NCBI GenBank assembly: GCA_048938855.1 | Contig: JBHLLT010000011.1 | Location: forward strand, 32,001-96,000 | Source of the DNA: Promethearchaeota archaeon | Lineage (GTDB): Archaea > Asgardarchaeota > Lokiarchaeia > Sigyniarchaeales > SOKP01 | Direction: 5' to 3' | Length of the DNA: 64,000 nt | In this document: in pieces, positions 1 through 8,683 of the stretch | Layout: every line of letters starts with the position of its first letter | Position numbering within the stretch: the stretch's first letter is position 1 | The notes under the pieces: model-generated | Database searches by the model: none | What the model was told of the DNA's origin: nothing | Seen by the model: only the letters and a program-made list of their open reading frames with translations | Position numbers and translations under genes: made by a program

Positions 1-954
1 CTGATAAGTACAGCAGTAATTAGAACAGGAATGTCAAAGCTACTTTTAGAGGCTCCAGATAAAAAGAGTGAAAAAAATTTAATTATATTAATCAATTCCT
101 GCTCCTCAATAGGGATATTACTTTCTTCATTTTTGTTTAAATTTTGTGTGAAAGAAATCGATTCTTTAGATTTTTGGAATGTTTTCTTTATAGTTGGATG
201 GTTAATAACTTCCCCCTTATTAGTCATATTCGTTTTTATGAGAAAGACCGCTCTAAGAGAACCATGTCAAGAATCTTTTAAAGAGACTTTTAAAGAACAA
301 GATCATTTGAAGTTTTTTTCAATTTTAATGATATCTCTTATATTTTTAGCATATTTTTTTTTATGGAGTGATAGATTAATAGCTTACCCTTTTAGTTCTT
401 ACGTTCTTTCCCGATTTGGAGAAGGAGGTTTTACATTATACTCAGATTTTTATGTAATTTTTACTCTTTTCAATATATTGGGTTTCTATATAGCAAAGAG
501 ACTGCTAAACAGAATAAATTTCAATGAAGATCCAACTATTAATCAGTATAAAAAATTTTTTCAGATTGTTATTTTTCTCACATTAATTTATGTGCTTAGT
601 TTAATATTACTGCTGTTTTCAGATATAATAATTCTATTAGCTACTTATTCTTTAATTTATCTCTTAGGCGGTCTGTTTGTGGTGCTATATACAACCATCT
701 TTCTCCAGATCTCTAGAACTGGAAAAAATGAGAATCTAAGGTATTGGATTATGTTACTATCATCTAATTTAGCGAGTATTACATTTTTACCTCTCGGCAC
801 ATTCCTTTCTCAATATATATCAATGGAGATCTTAATCACAATGGTTATTTCTTTAACTTCCGTATCGATTTTATTAATTTATTTGTCAAGGAAATCTATC
901 GGATGTGGGAATATATTGAAAAAAGAAATAGAAAGTAAATGTCAATCCCTATAG
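1..954 (+). CDS. MFS-type transporter (5'-truncated by window edge)
   Basis: Frame is open from base 1; many hydrophobic TM segments with a central hydrophilic loop, consistent with an MFS layout. Confidence 0.65.
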   Translation: MISTAVIRTGMSKLLLEAPDKKSEKNLIILINSCSSIGILLSSFLFKFCVKEIDSLDFWNVFFIVGWLITSPLLVIFVFMRKTALREPCQESFKETFKEQDHLKFFSILMISLIFLAYFFLWSDRLIAYPFSSYVLSRFGEGGFTLYSDFYVIFTLFNILGFYIAKRLLNRINFNEDPTINQYKKFFQIVIFLTLIYVLSLILLLFSDIIILLATYSLIYLLGGLFVVLYTTIFLQISRTGKNENLRYWIMLLSSNLASITFLPLGTFLSQYISMEILITMVISLTSVSILLIYLSRKSIGCGNILKKEIESKCQSL

Positions 955-1117
955 AACTTGTATAATGGGAAAGCTTTACAAAATAGGTTGTACTTCATAA
1001 CCGGGCATAATATTGTTATGTATTTAGTTATTTAAAATCAGATTAAAATTTTAAATATCAATATTAATAGCATTTTTAACAATTACCAAGGAAAAAGAGA
1101 AATAGAATGTAAATGTC
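924..1117. repeat. 20-bp direct repeat AGAAATAGAA(A/T)GTAAATGTC at 924-943 and 1098-1117
   Basis: 19/20 identity; each copy lies 3' of one micro-ORF on the minus strand. Confidence 0.8.
976..1008 (-). CDS. putative micro-ORF MPGYEVQPIL (10 aa)
   Basis: ATG at 1008, TAA at 978-976; TATA-like TTTTAAATA 21-29 nt upstream; similar to the 1142-1168 micro-ORF. Confidence 0.55.
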   Translation of the reverse strand: MPGYEVQPIL

Positions 1118-1134
1118 CAAAGGGACAATTACAT
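1092..1134 (-). terminator. hairpin plus T-rich tract downstream of the MPGWEGMP micro-ORF
   Basis: Minus strand ATGTAA-T-TGTCC CTTT GGACA-T-TTACAT followed by TCTATTTCTCTTTTT. Confidence 0.5.
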
Positions 1135-1141
1135 AATCATT

Positions 1142-1168
1142 TTATGGCATTCCTTCCCAGCCTGGCAT
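1142..1168 (-). CDS. putative micro-ORF MPGWEGMP (8 aa)
   Basis: ATG at 1168, TAA at 1144-1142; TATA-like TTTAAAAG 21-28 nt upstream; followed by a hairpin and T-tract. Confidence 0.55.
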   Translation of the reverse strand: MPGWEGMP

Positions 1169-1210
1169 AATAATATTCTTTAGATATTCTTTTAAACTAA
1201 ACGAAAAAAA

Positions 1211-4200
1211 TTAGTCTTTATCTTCTTTTAAAAGGGCTGGATAAAGCTTCTCAAACTTTTCTGTATATAATTTATAATTAATCCAGATTTTATCCTTTTC
1301 ATTCCATTTTAAATTGAATAATGGATTAAAAGAATTTAGAAAACTTAGGTCTTTATATATATTACTAAGAAGATTCTTTCCATTAGTTAAATCTGTTAAA
1401 ACAATGTAATTATTTATTTCAAAATATTCAAGCAATAAATCAAATAATTTTAAGAATTCATCAAGCTCACATTGAGGTAAATATAATATTATCATCAGTC
1501 CATTTTCAAATCTAATTTGTTCTGTTAAGCCATGAATATAATATTCTCCTTCTATCTCATAAATAAAGCCATAATTAAAGAAATTAAAAATTTTTATAAT
1601 AGTCTGATTTAATCCTTCTTTTACATCAGGTAAAATTAGAGAGATCTTATCTTGAAAGTTTAAATTTCTTAACTTAATATAGGGAAAAATTAAATTTTCT
1701 GCGACAAGTTTTTTAAAGTTATTAATAACTGAGTAGTTACGCGTAGCTAAGAATGATTTAATATCTATAGACCTCCAAGTGTATATTTCAGTTAATGCGT
1801 TGAAGTATGTAGACTTAAACCCAATATATTTCTCTTCAGGGGTTTTCATCATATTAAATTGCCTTAATTTAGCAAATTCTACTTTATAGTCCTGATTAAA
1901 AAGAATATTTTGCATATATATTTTGAATCGATTTGAATCATAATTCCAACCTGTAAAGCTTAGGTTATAATTAAAATTTAGAATTTGATATACTTTTTTG
2001 ATTGAAAATAGACAATACTCCTGTATAATATGTTTTGTCTTTGTATACCAGTTAAGATGTTTCATGTTGGGATTTCTAAATGGAAAGATATACTTAATTA
2101 AAAAAGAGCTAGTATCATCAATGGATGTTGGATATTTAATAGTTTGAAAAGTATTAATCAATAGGTGCTTAAAATCTACCTCATTTACATTTGAAGGGCG
2201 AATATATAAGTAATATTGATCTAACCCAAAAGCTTGAAAATTTGGAATAAATTTTATTGATTTTATAAAATTTTTAAAGAATTTTTCATTCTGAACGCTC
2301 CTGAAACTTTCTGGATCAAGAAGAATAGTAGTTAATTCTTTATTAAATTCAGATAATGACCTAAATCTTTTAATATTAAAATTTTTTTGTTCATATGAAA
2401 CACGCTTATTTACCTTGTTTACTAATTTAAGGATATTGTGTTCTTTTCCCCAAAAATGCTCTTGAGACGCACTCCTAATTACTTGGAGCGGTCTACTTAA
2501 TTCTCCTAATTGATTTTGAATAGATAGAAAACTCTGTTCAAATAAATCTTTGGTAAAAAAAAACTCATTTCTATCGAAGTCATAAAAATCTTTGACTAAT
2601 ACAAAGCCAATTAAACCGCTTGTGAAATACCTATTTAATTTGAGAAGATCTTCTTTGAAAATATTATATATAATCGAGCAAAATAGTTCTTTTTCCTTAA
2701 TATTTAAGAAATATGTAAATAGGATTATGTTATCTTCTTTACTAAATAAATTTTCTACTCTTTGAAAAATAACTCTTGGAAAGAATTTTAAAATCTTCTC
2801 AATTTTGTATATGACTTTTTGGGTGCATTTTAATATTAAGAGAGGGTGAAATTTTGCAAAAGAACTTACAATAATTGTCTTAATGAGTTCTGGTGAGATT
2901 AAATCTTTTTCAATAAATTTTTTGAGTATTGAATCTAGGATCTGGTTAGTAATTCTATAGGGCTTAAATTTGGCAAAAGATTGTGCAAGTTTTTTTTCTT
3001 TTGTCCTATATATTTTTTCGATCAATTTTTCATTTTTTAGAATCTGTTTCATCGATTCAATACTGAAGATTTTTAAATTCCTACATAAAGTAAATAATTC
3101 AAGGAAGTGGGAATATTTTTCTTTCAATATATAATATTTTTGAACTGAACTAAAATAAAGTGGTAGTATATCTCTAAATATGATTAATTGAATATCTTTA
3201 TTTTTAAAATTTGTATTAACTTCGATCAAATTAGAAATTTTGTGAGTTTTTAAGAATTCTTGGAGTCTGAACAAACTATTAATATCAGAATTCTGTGTAA
3301 TTAAGTTTTCAATTAAATTTAAGGACGTAATTATTTGTTGAAGCATATCTCCAATATAAAAAAAGCCATACATTCTATTTTTTTCCAAAAAGTTAATTAA
3401 ATCCTCCTTTAGTTCCCTAGAAGCATTTATAACATTAAGAGAAGCTTTTAGATCCGAAATTAAAACATTTTCACTTTCGATGTGGTTAAGTACTTCATCT
3501 TTGAGTGATTTAAGTGTTTCTTCCCTACGTTCGAATCCAAAACCAGTAAGACTTGTTTGTCTAACTCGCTCAAAAACAATCCAATCTAAAAGATCCAAAT
3601 TAATTGACTTTTGCGGTGCGTTATACTTTTTTGAGAATTCAAGTTCAAATTGATTGCTATATTCTTTATGGTTTGGATTTATGATTTTACGTAAATCGCT
3701 AAATTTGTTTCTGAAATAATTCAAATTTAAAAAATTTTTATACTCTTTCCAGATATAGCATTCTTTATTAATAGTATAACCAAAAATAAATAAATTTTCA
3801 ATCAATTTTAACAAATCAACAAGATAAATTCTGGGGATTACAAATAAACAATGAATTTCTTCAGAAAATCCTTTTTTCGCCAAAAATTTACTGTTTAAAA
3901 ATGGTATTTTGTCTAAGATTTTATAAATATCCTTTCGATTTAATATGGGATTAAATTTAAGAATTGAAATTACCACAGCGATGTCAATTTTATGGTAAAT
4001 TGGTTGAAAAGAGGGAGATATAATAGTATATTTATTAATCCAACGTAAATTCTCACTAAACTTTCTTTTACTTAAAGTAGTTGAAATTATTCCCTTTTCT
4101 TTAAAATCTTGAAAATAAGCTTCAAATTCGTTGTAATTTTTAAAAAGTTTCACATGATAGAAAATTTCTACAAGAATTCTTATAGTTTCTAAAATTTCGT

Positions 4201-4819
4201 CGTTATAAAGAGATTTTGAAATTTTATATATAAATTCTTCATAAAGAATGTCATAAAAATCATCCATCTTGTCATGAATTAAAGGGATGTTTCTGCGTAT
4301 AAACTCAAAAAAGAATTGTGTTGGACTTTGGGTGGTTTCTGTTGCTTCAAGTTTAAAAAATTTATCAAGTTTATCAAATTGAGATGATAAGAAGTTATAA
4401 TTAATAATTTTACTACGAACTAATTTTTTCCATTCATCTATTACCTCTAATTTAAAAAGATCACTTTCTATTATTTCATGAATGACAATTTGGATAACCT
4501 TATTCTCTCTTAACTCATATGGGATAAATACTAAGTAAGATTCCCTGAGCAAGATAAATTCTAAAAGCTTTAAATATTTTTCTGAGATTTTTATTTGATT
4601 TTGATTATTTATCAATGTTCTCCTTACACCAAGATTAAAAAAATCATCTGAATATTCTTTTTGATCTTTTGTAATTATGATTGACATATTTGGATTAATT
4701 GGAGCTAAATCAAGATAATTTTGAATTTCATTCAAAAGATTACTGAAGATTTGGTTTACGTCCTTTATTATAGTCTCCTTTGGTGTATTTATCAAAATAT
4801 CTAAATTTAGAGTATTCAT
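1211..4819 (-). CDS. large hypothetical protein with several Lrp/AsnC-like (wHTH+RAM-like) modules
   Basis: 1202-aa ORF; recurring segments such as IISPSFQPIYHKIDI, IKFIPNFQAFGLDQYYLYI and LVAENLIFPYI resemble the Lrp HTH-to-RAM linker. Confidence 0.55.
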   Translation of the reverse strand: MNTLNLDILINTPKETIIKDVNQIFSNLLNEIQNYLDLAPINPNMSIIITKDQKEYSDDFFNLGVRRTLINNQNQIKISEKYLKLLEFILLRESYLVFIPYELRENKVIQIVIHEIIESDLFKLEVIDEWKKLVRSKIINYNFLSSQFDKLDKFFKLEATETTQSPTQFFFEFIRRNIPLIHDKMDDFYDILYEEFIYKISKSLYNDEILETIRILVEIFYHVKLFKNYNEFEAYFQDFKEKGIISTTLSKRKFSENLRWINKYTIISPSFQPIYHKIDIAVVISILKFNPILNRKDIYKILDKIPFLNSKFLAKKGFSEEIHCLFVIPRIYLVDLLKLIENLFIFGYTINKECYIWKEYKNFLNLNYFRNKFSDLRKIINPNHKEYSNQFELEFSKKYNAPQKSINLDLLDWIVFERVRQTSLTGFGFERREETLKSLKDEVLNHIESENVLISDLKASLNVINASRELKEDLINFLEKNRMYGFFYIGDMLQQIITSLNLIENLITQNSDINSLFRLQEFLKTHKISNLIEVNTNFKNKDIQLIIFRDILPLYFSSVQKYYILKEKYSHFLELFTLCRNLKIFSIESMKQILKNEKLIEKIYRTKEKKLAQSFAKFKPYRITNQILDSILKKFIEKDLISPELIKTIIVSSFAKFHPLLILKCTQKVIYKIEKILKFFPRVIFQRVENLFSKEDNIILFTYFLNIKEKELFCSIIYNIFKEDLLKLNRYFTSGLIGFVLVKDFYDFDRNEFFFTKDLFEQSFLSIQNQLGELSRPLQVIRSASQEHFWGKEHNILKLVNKVNKRVSYEQKNFNIKRFRSLSEFNKELTTILLDPESFRSVQNEKFFKNFIKSIKFIPNFQAFGLDQYYLYIRPSNVNEVDFKHLLINTFQTIKYPTSIDDTSSFLIKYIFPFRNPNMKHLNWYTKTKHIIQEYCLFSIKKVYQILNFNYNLSFTGWNYDSNRFKIYMQNILFNQDYKVEFAKLRQFNMMKTPEEKYIGFKSTYFNALTEIYTWRSIDIKSFLATRNYSVINNFKKLVAENLIFPYIKLRNLNFQDKISLILPDVKEGLNQTIIKIFNFFNYGFIYEIEGEYYIHGLTEQIRFENGLMIILYLPQCELDEFLKLFDLLLEYFEINNYIVLTDLTNGKNLLSNIYKDLSFLNSFNPLFNLKWNEKDKIWINYKLYTEKFEKLYPALLKEDKD

Positions 4820-5142
4820 AAGAATCCTGTTATCTTTTACCCCTTCCTTTAGTGTTTAGGCTTAAAAAATCACTCAAATACAAATTATTTCTTTATCTTC
4901 GTTAAAATATTACCAATAATCTATTTAAAAGTTTAGCAAATTTAGAGGAATTTTTAACAATATCGTCTTAATACTTAATTTTCTAAATCAAATATTAATG
5001 TCGGGAGATAGTGAAGAAGTAGGTTTACTAAATTAATAAATTGTTAACATATTGTTTTTAATAAGTGAAATTCTTTAAATTAATTTAGGATTTATATTAA
5101 CTATAATAGAAAGATTTGGTTAATAAAAAGAGAGTATAGATA

Positions 5143-5871
5143 TTGTTCAATCTAAAGATTAAGACTTACATCCATCAAAATATTCCTTATTCCTTTAATT
5201 GGAATAAGGAGCATCATAAAGAAAAATACTCTCAAATAATTTCTAATCGAGATGAGTTAAATAAACTAAAGATTCATTTTAAAAGAGTTTACGAAGGGGT
5301 AATCCCCAACAGATTATTCAACTCAAGAGAATTTCCTAGGGTATCTCAATTTAAAATTAAAGGTTTAAAGTCTGCTTTTATTAGGAGTTTCAGCAAAAAC
5401 TTAATTAGATCTGGTAAAATTCGATATTATGATTCTGCGGCAAAATTACCAGGATATGCTCAAAAAGTTTTTGAAAATTATCAAAAAAATGATATACCGG
5501 GATTCCCAGGCCATGAACCAATCTTGAAAAATATTTTAATTAAGGATAGGGATGCTGTTGCAATAGAAGTCCCGATATGGGATAAAAAACAATATGTTGC
5601 AGTTACCGGCCACATTGATTTGATTCAAATAGAAAGTGATATTATTAAAGTGGTTGATTATAAGCCAGAAGGAAATTTCTTACTGTCGCTACCTCAAGTT
5701 GCTATGTATGGGCACTTAATTAAATCTAAATTAAATATTAATAAGGTTAAATGTGTTTCATTTAATAAACAAGGAGCTTGGGAATATGATCCAAATATAT
5801 TGAATGAAGAAATTAAAGAATTTTTAATTTCACACCATATCGATGAGAGACCGTGGGAAATATTTATTTAA
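5143..5871 (+). CDS. PD-(D/E)XK nuclease family protein (RecB/Cas4-like)
   Basis: E..., GHIDL, VVDYK and QxxxY (QVAMY) motifs. Confidence 0.75.
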   Translation: MFNLKIKTYIHQNIPYSFNWNKEHHKEKYSQIISNRDELNKLKIHFKRVYEGVIPNRLFNSREFPRVSQFKIKGLKSAFIRSFSKNLIRSGKIRYYDSAAKLPGYAQKVFENYQKNDIPGFPGHEPILKNILIKDRDAVAIEVPIWDKKQYVAVTGHIDLIQIESDIIKVVDYKPEGNFLLSLPQVAMYGHLIKSKLNINKVKCVSFNKQGAWEYDPNILNEEIKEFLISHHIDERPWEIFI

Positions 5872-5883
5872 AATAATCTATTG

Positions 5884-6159
5884 TTAGAGTTTCTTACCTT
5901 TTGATGCAGAAGGTTCTTTTTCATTAGCGGTTTTTAAATAACCACGTATTAGAAAATAACACAAGACAAGAGCGATAAATTCCACGATAATACTAACAAA
6001 AGTAATGATTGTGCCATTATACCCTATATATCTCAAAAATATAGCGCAACCTAATCCACTCGAGGCAAAACCAACAAGTAATAATGCTTTAATTATTTGA
6101 GATAAAGAACTGAATATGTATCCGATTTCTTTTTTAATCCAAGAAAATACTGAAGCCAT
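5884..6159 (-). CDS. small membrane protein (2 TM)
   Basis: 91-aa ORF with two hydrophobic helices. Confidence 0.6.
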   Translation of the reverse strand: MASVFSWIKKEIGYIFSSLSQIIKALLLVGFASSGLGCAIFLRYIGYNGTIITFVSIIVEFIALVLCYFLIRGYLKTANEKEPSASKGKKL

Positions 6160-6292
6160 AAGAATCTATCACTTCTTTCTACTTTAGTAAAGTAAAGAAC
6201 GTATATTTTAATATTTTTTTCATTTTAAAAATTAATTTTAAAATAATAAGTCAAATATTAGGAACAAAATTTTAAAAGAGATAAGAGAAGAT

Positions 6293-8683
6293 TCACTTCT
6301 TACTTTTGAATTTAGTATATAATGCTTTGTCAAGGAACTTACCGATTTTTACAGCAATTTGATTTCCGATTTCATAGCGTTCACCGTCAAGCAGATTCTT
6401 TTTCTGTTCAGGAGAAGGGGTAACTTTAAGTCGTTTTACTAAAGTTTTTTCGATAATTTCATTAACAATCTCTATGGACTTTTCATAATCTGGAAGTTTT
6501 ATTTCCGGTTCAAAACTTTTAATCTTCTCCATGGCAAAATTAAAAAATTCAGAAATTAGCTCAACAGGCTCTCCTTTCAATTCACTATGAAGTTTAATAT
6601 TATCTGTAGCTATTTTAGTGTCTTTCTCCTGCCAGTATAACTGATTTGGGTTAATACCGGGACTAGTTATCCTCATTAGTGAACTGGTGATTCTACGTTC
6701 AATCCAATTTAGAGTGCTTATTTCTTGTACTTCCCGAATTTTTTTAGCCTTCTCTTCTTTTATTTTCTCTTTTGTTTCGATTATTCGTTCTACCTCCGCT
6801 TTACGATTTGCCTCAGAATTTTCAAATCTTTTTATGATATCATATCCTATACAATATGAAATTGGAGAGATAATGTCGGATTTTAACTTTAAATTAACAA
6901 CATCTTGATATAATAAACTTGGATTATTTCTTAATTCTGACATCGCTTCTTTTAAAGAAGATTCGGTTATTCTTGCAAATATAAATCCATTGACTAGAAA
7001 CGGTTGATTGTTTGCATTAAGCACAGTGACAAGTTCTTCTTGTCTTTTATTTAATCTCTTAATAATCAATTCTTCAAGTTTAACTTTTATCCATTCCTCT
7101 GATTCAGTAGTCCCATCAATTTTTTTTATTGCTAATAGGTATAGAGATCTGTCATTAGACACTTTAGAATATACTTCTATTATTCTACTCAGTTGCCTCA
7201 GAATTTTTGATAAAATATAAAAGAAAATATCCTTTGTTATTCTATTAAGAATCTCTTCAAATTCTAAAACAAATAAGATATGAGAATAATTTTTAAGTTT
7301 TAACTCACCTAAAAAGACTTTATCAATCGCTTGCTTCTTTCTAATATACTGACGAAGATTATTAATATTAATCCTTGTTTTTTCTTCCAATACTCTTATT
7401 AATGCTTGATTTTTCGCGGAATCTTGATTTAAAATATTTAGTAAATCGAATTCAGAGATATCTTCAGCTAAATTTAAAAAATTTTTAACATCTTGAGAAT
7501 AACTTTCTGAAAGTGCTTTTTTCGCTAAGTATATTAAGTTTTGGTTAGGATCATTTAAAGATATAATATCCAACTTTTGTACATTGTACCTAACCATATT
7601 TCTTTTTACTTGAGCTGTAAGTTCTTCATCAACATTTATTAGATGCAGAATATTGAATACACCATATCTCTTTAGAGTATAAATTATCTCATCAAAACTA
7701 CATTCATTCATGCACTGTAAGAAGTAAATAAAATCATTTGGATGTTCCTTGAGCCTTCTAATTAATGCAAATTTTAAAAAACTCAAAATTTTATTTTCAA
7801 ACTGGTCATAATCGATTTTTTCTTCAAGAGCACTCTCCATTTTATAAATAAGATCTTTTTTTAGATCATTTGCTTCAATAAACACCTTCAAACCTGGTAT
7901 AGATATAGGAAATTTGTTAAAGTTGTAATCAATAATCTTTCTTTTTATCATTCTTACCGGCATTGCTTCAATTTGCAATTCCTTATATGATTTAAATTCA
8001 AAATCAGTACGTATTTTATCTATAAGACGCTTTAAAGTAGCTAATTCAATGAATTTATCTTCCTTTTCTTCCAATTTTAATCTTTTTTCTAATTCAACAG
8101 ATATGTCTTTAAAAGCCGCAGATTCTTCAAGAATTTCTCTTTTAACATCATTATTTAGCCCAATCATTTCCCCGATTAAATCATAAAAGTAAAATTGAGG
8201 ATAATTGATTATAATTTCTTGCAATTCTTGTTCAATATGGCTTTCAAGATCTTTTAACATATGCTCTTTATGAATTTCTTGAACTTCTTCTTTTCTTTCT
8301 TCGATCAAAAAAGAAAGAAATCTATTTTCTAATTCAATTATCTTGTTTAAAAGATTTATTTCTAATTTCAAGGAATCTTTTAATAGTGAATTGACTTCAT
8401 CAATTATAGTTTTCTTTTCAGTAATTTCTAAGTTTTTTGTTGAGTCAAAAGTGAAATTATCCCTATCCGTAAGTTTTTGAACTCGAATTCCTAAATTGTG
8501 GTAAATATGAATAGTGGCAGTTGCAATCAGTAAATCTTTAAAACTAGTTTTTTGACTAACAAGTTCAAAGATTTTATTTTTGTCTGCCTCTCTTTTAAAA
8601 TGTGAGATTATTAAATCAACCGTCTGAAAAAATCGGAAAGTACTCTCAATAGCAGTTGTTTTTCTTTTAACACCACTAATCAT
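6293..8683 (-). CDS. large helical hypothetical protein
   Basis: ~796-aa ORF; start placed at ATG 8683, which overlaps the upstream TGA (ATGA). Confidence 0.7.
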   Translation of the reverse strand: MISGVKRKTTAIESTFRFFQTVDLIISHFKREADKNKIFELVSQKTSFKDLLIATATIHIYHNLGIRVQKLTDRDNFTFDSTKNLEITEKKTIIDEVNSLLKDSLKLEINLLNKIIELENRFLSFLIEERKEEVQEIHKEHMLKDLESHIEQELQEIIINYPQFYFYDLIGEMIGLNNDVKREILEESAAFKDISVELEKRLKLEEKEDKFIELATLKRLIDKIRTDFEFKSYKELQIEAMPVRMIKRKIIDYNFNKFPISIPGLKVFIEANDLKKDLIYKMESALEEKIDYDQFENKILSFLKFALIRRLKEHPNDFIYFLQCMNECSFDEIIYTLKRYGVFNILHLINVDEELTAQVKRNMVRYNVQKLDIISLNDPNQNLIYLAKKALSESYSQDVKNFLNLAEDISEFDLLNILNQDSAKNQALIRVLEEKTRININNLRQYIRKKQAIDKVFLGELKLKNYSHILFVLEFEEILNRITKDIFFYILSKILRQLSRIIEVYSKVSNDRSLYLLAIKKIDGTTESEEWIKVKLEELIIKRLNKRQEELVTVLNANNQPFLVNGFIFARITESSLKEAMSELRNNPSLLYQDVVNLKLKSDIISPISYCIGYDIIKRFENSEANRKAEVERIIETKEKIKEEKAKKIREVQEISTLNWIERRITSSLMRITSPGINPNQLYWQEKDTKIATDNIKLHSELKGEPVELISEFFNFAMEKIKSFEPEIKLPDYEKSIEIVNEIIEKTLVKRLKVTPSPEQKKNLLDGERYEIGNQIAVKIGKFLDKALYTKFKSKK

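Noticed and set aside
5143-5871. Cas4-like nuclease as a sign of CRISPR or casposon
   Set aside because: No Fe-S cysteine set, no cas genes and no repeat-spacer array seen in the window.
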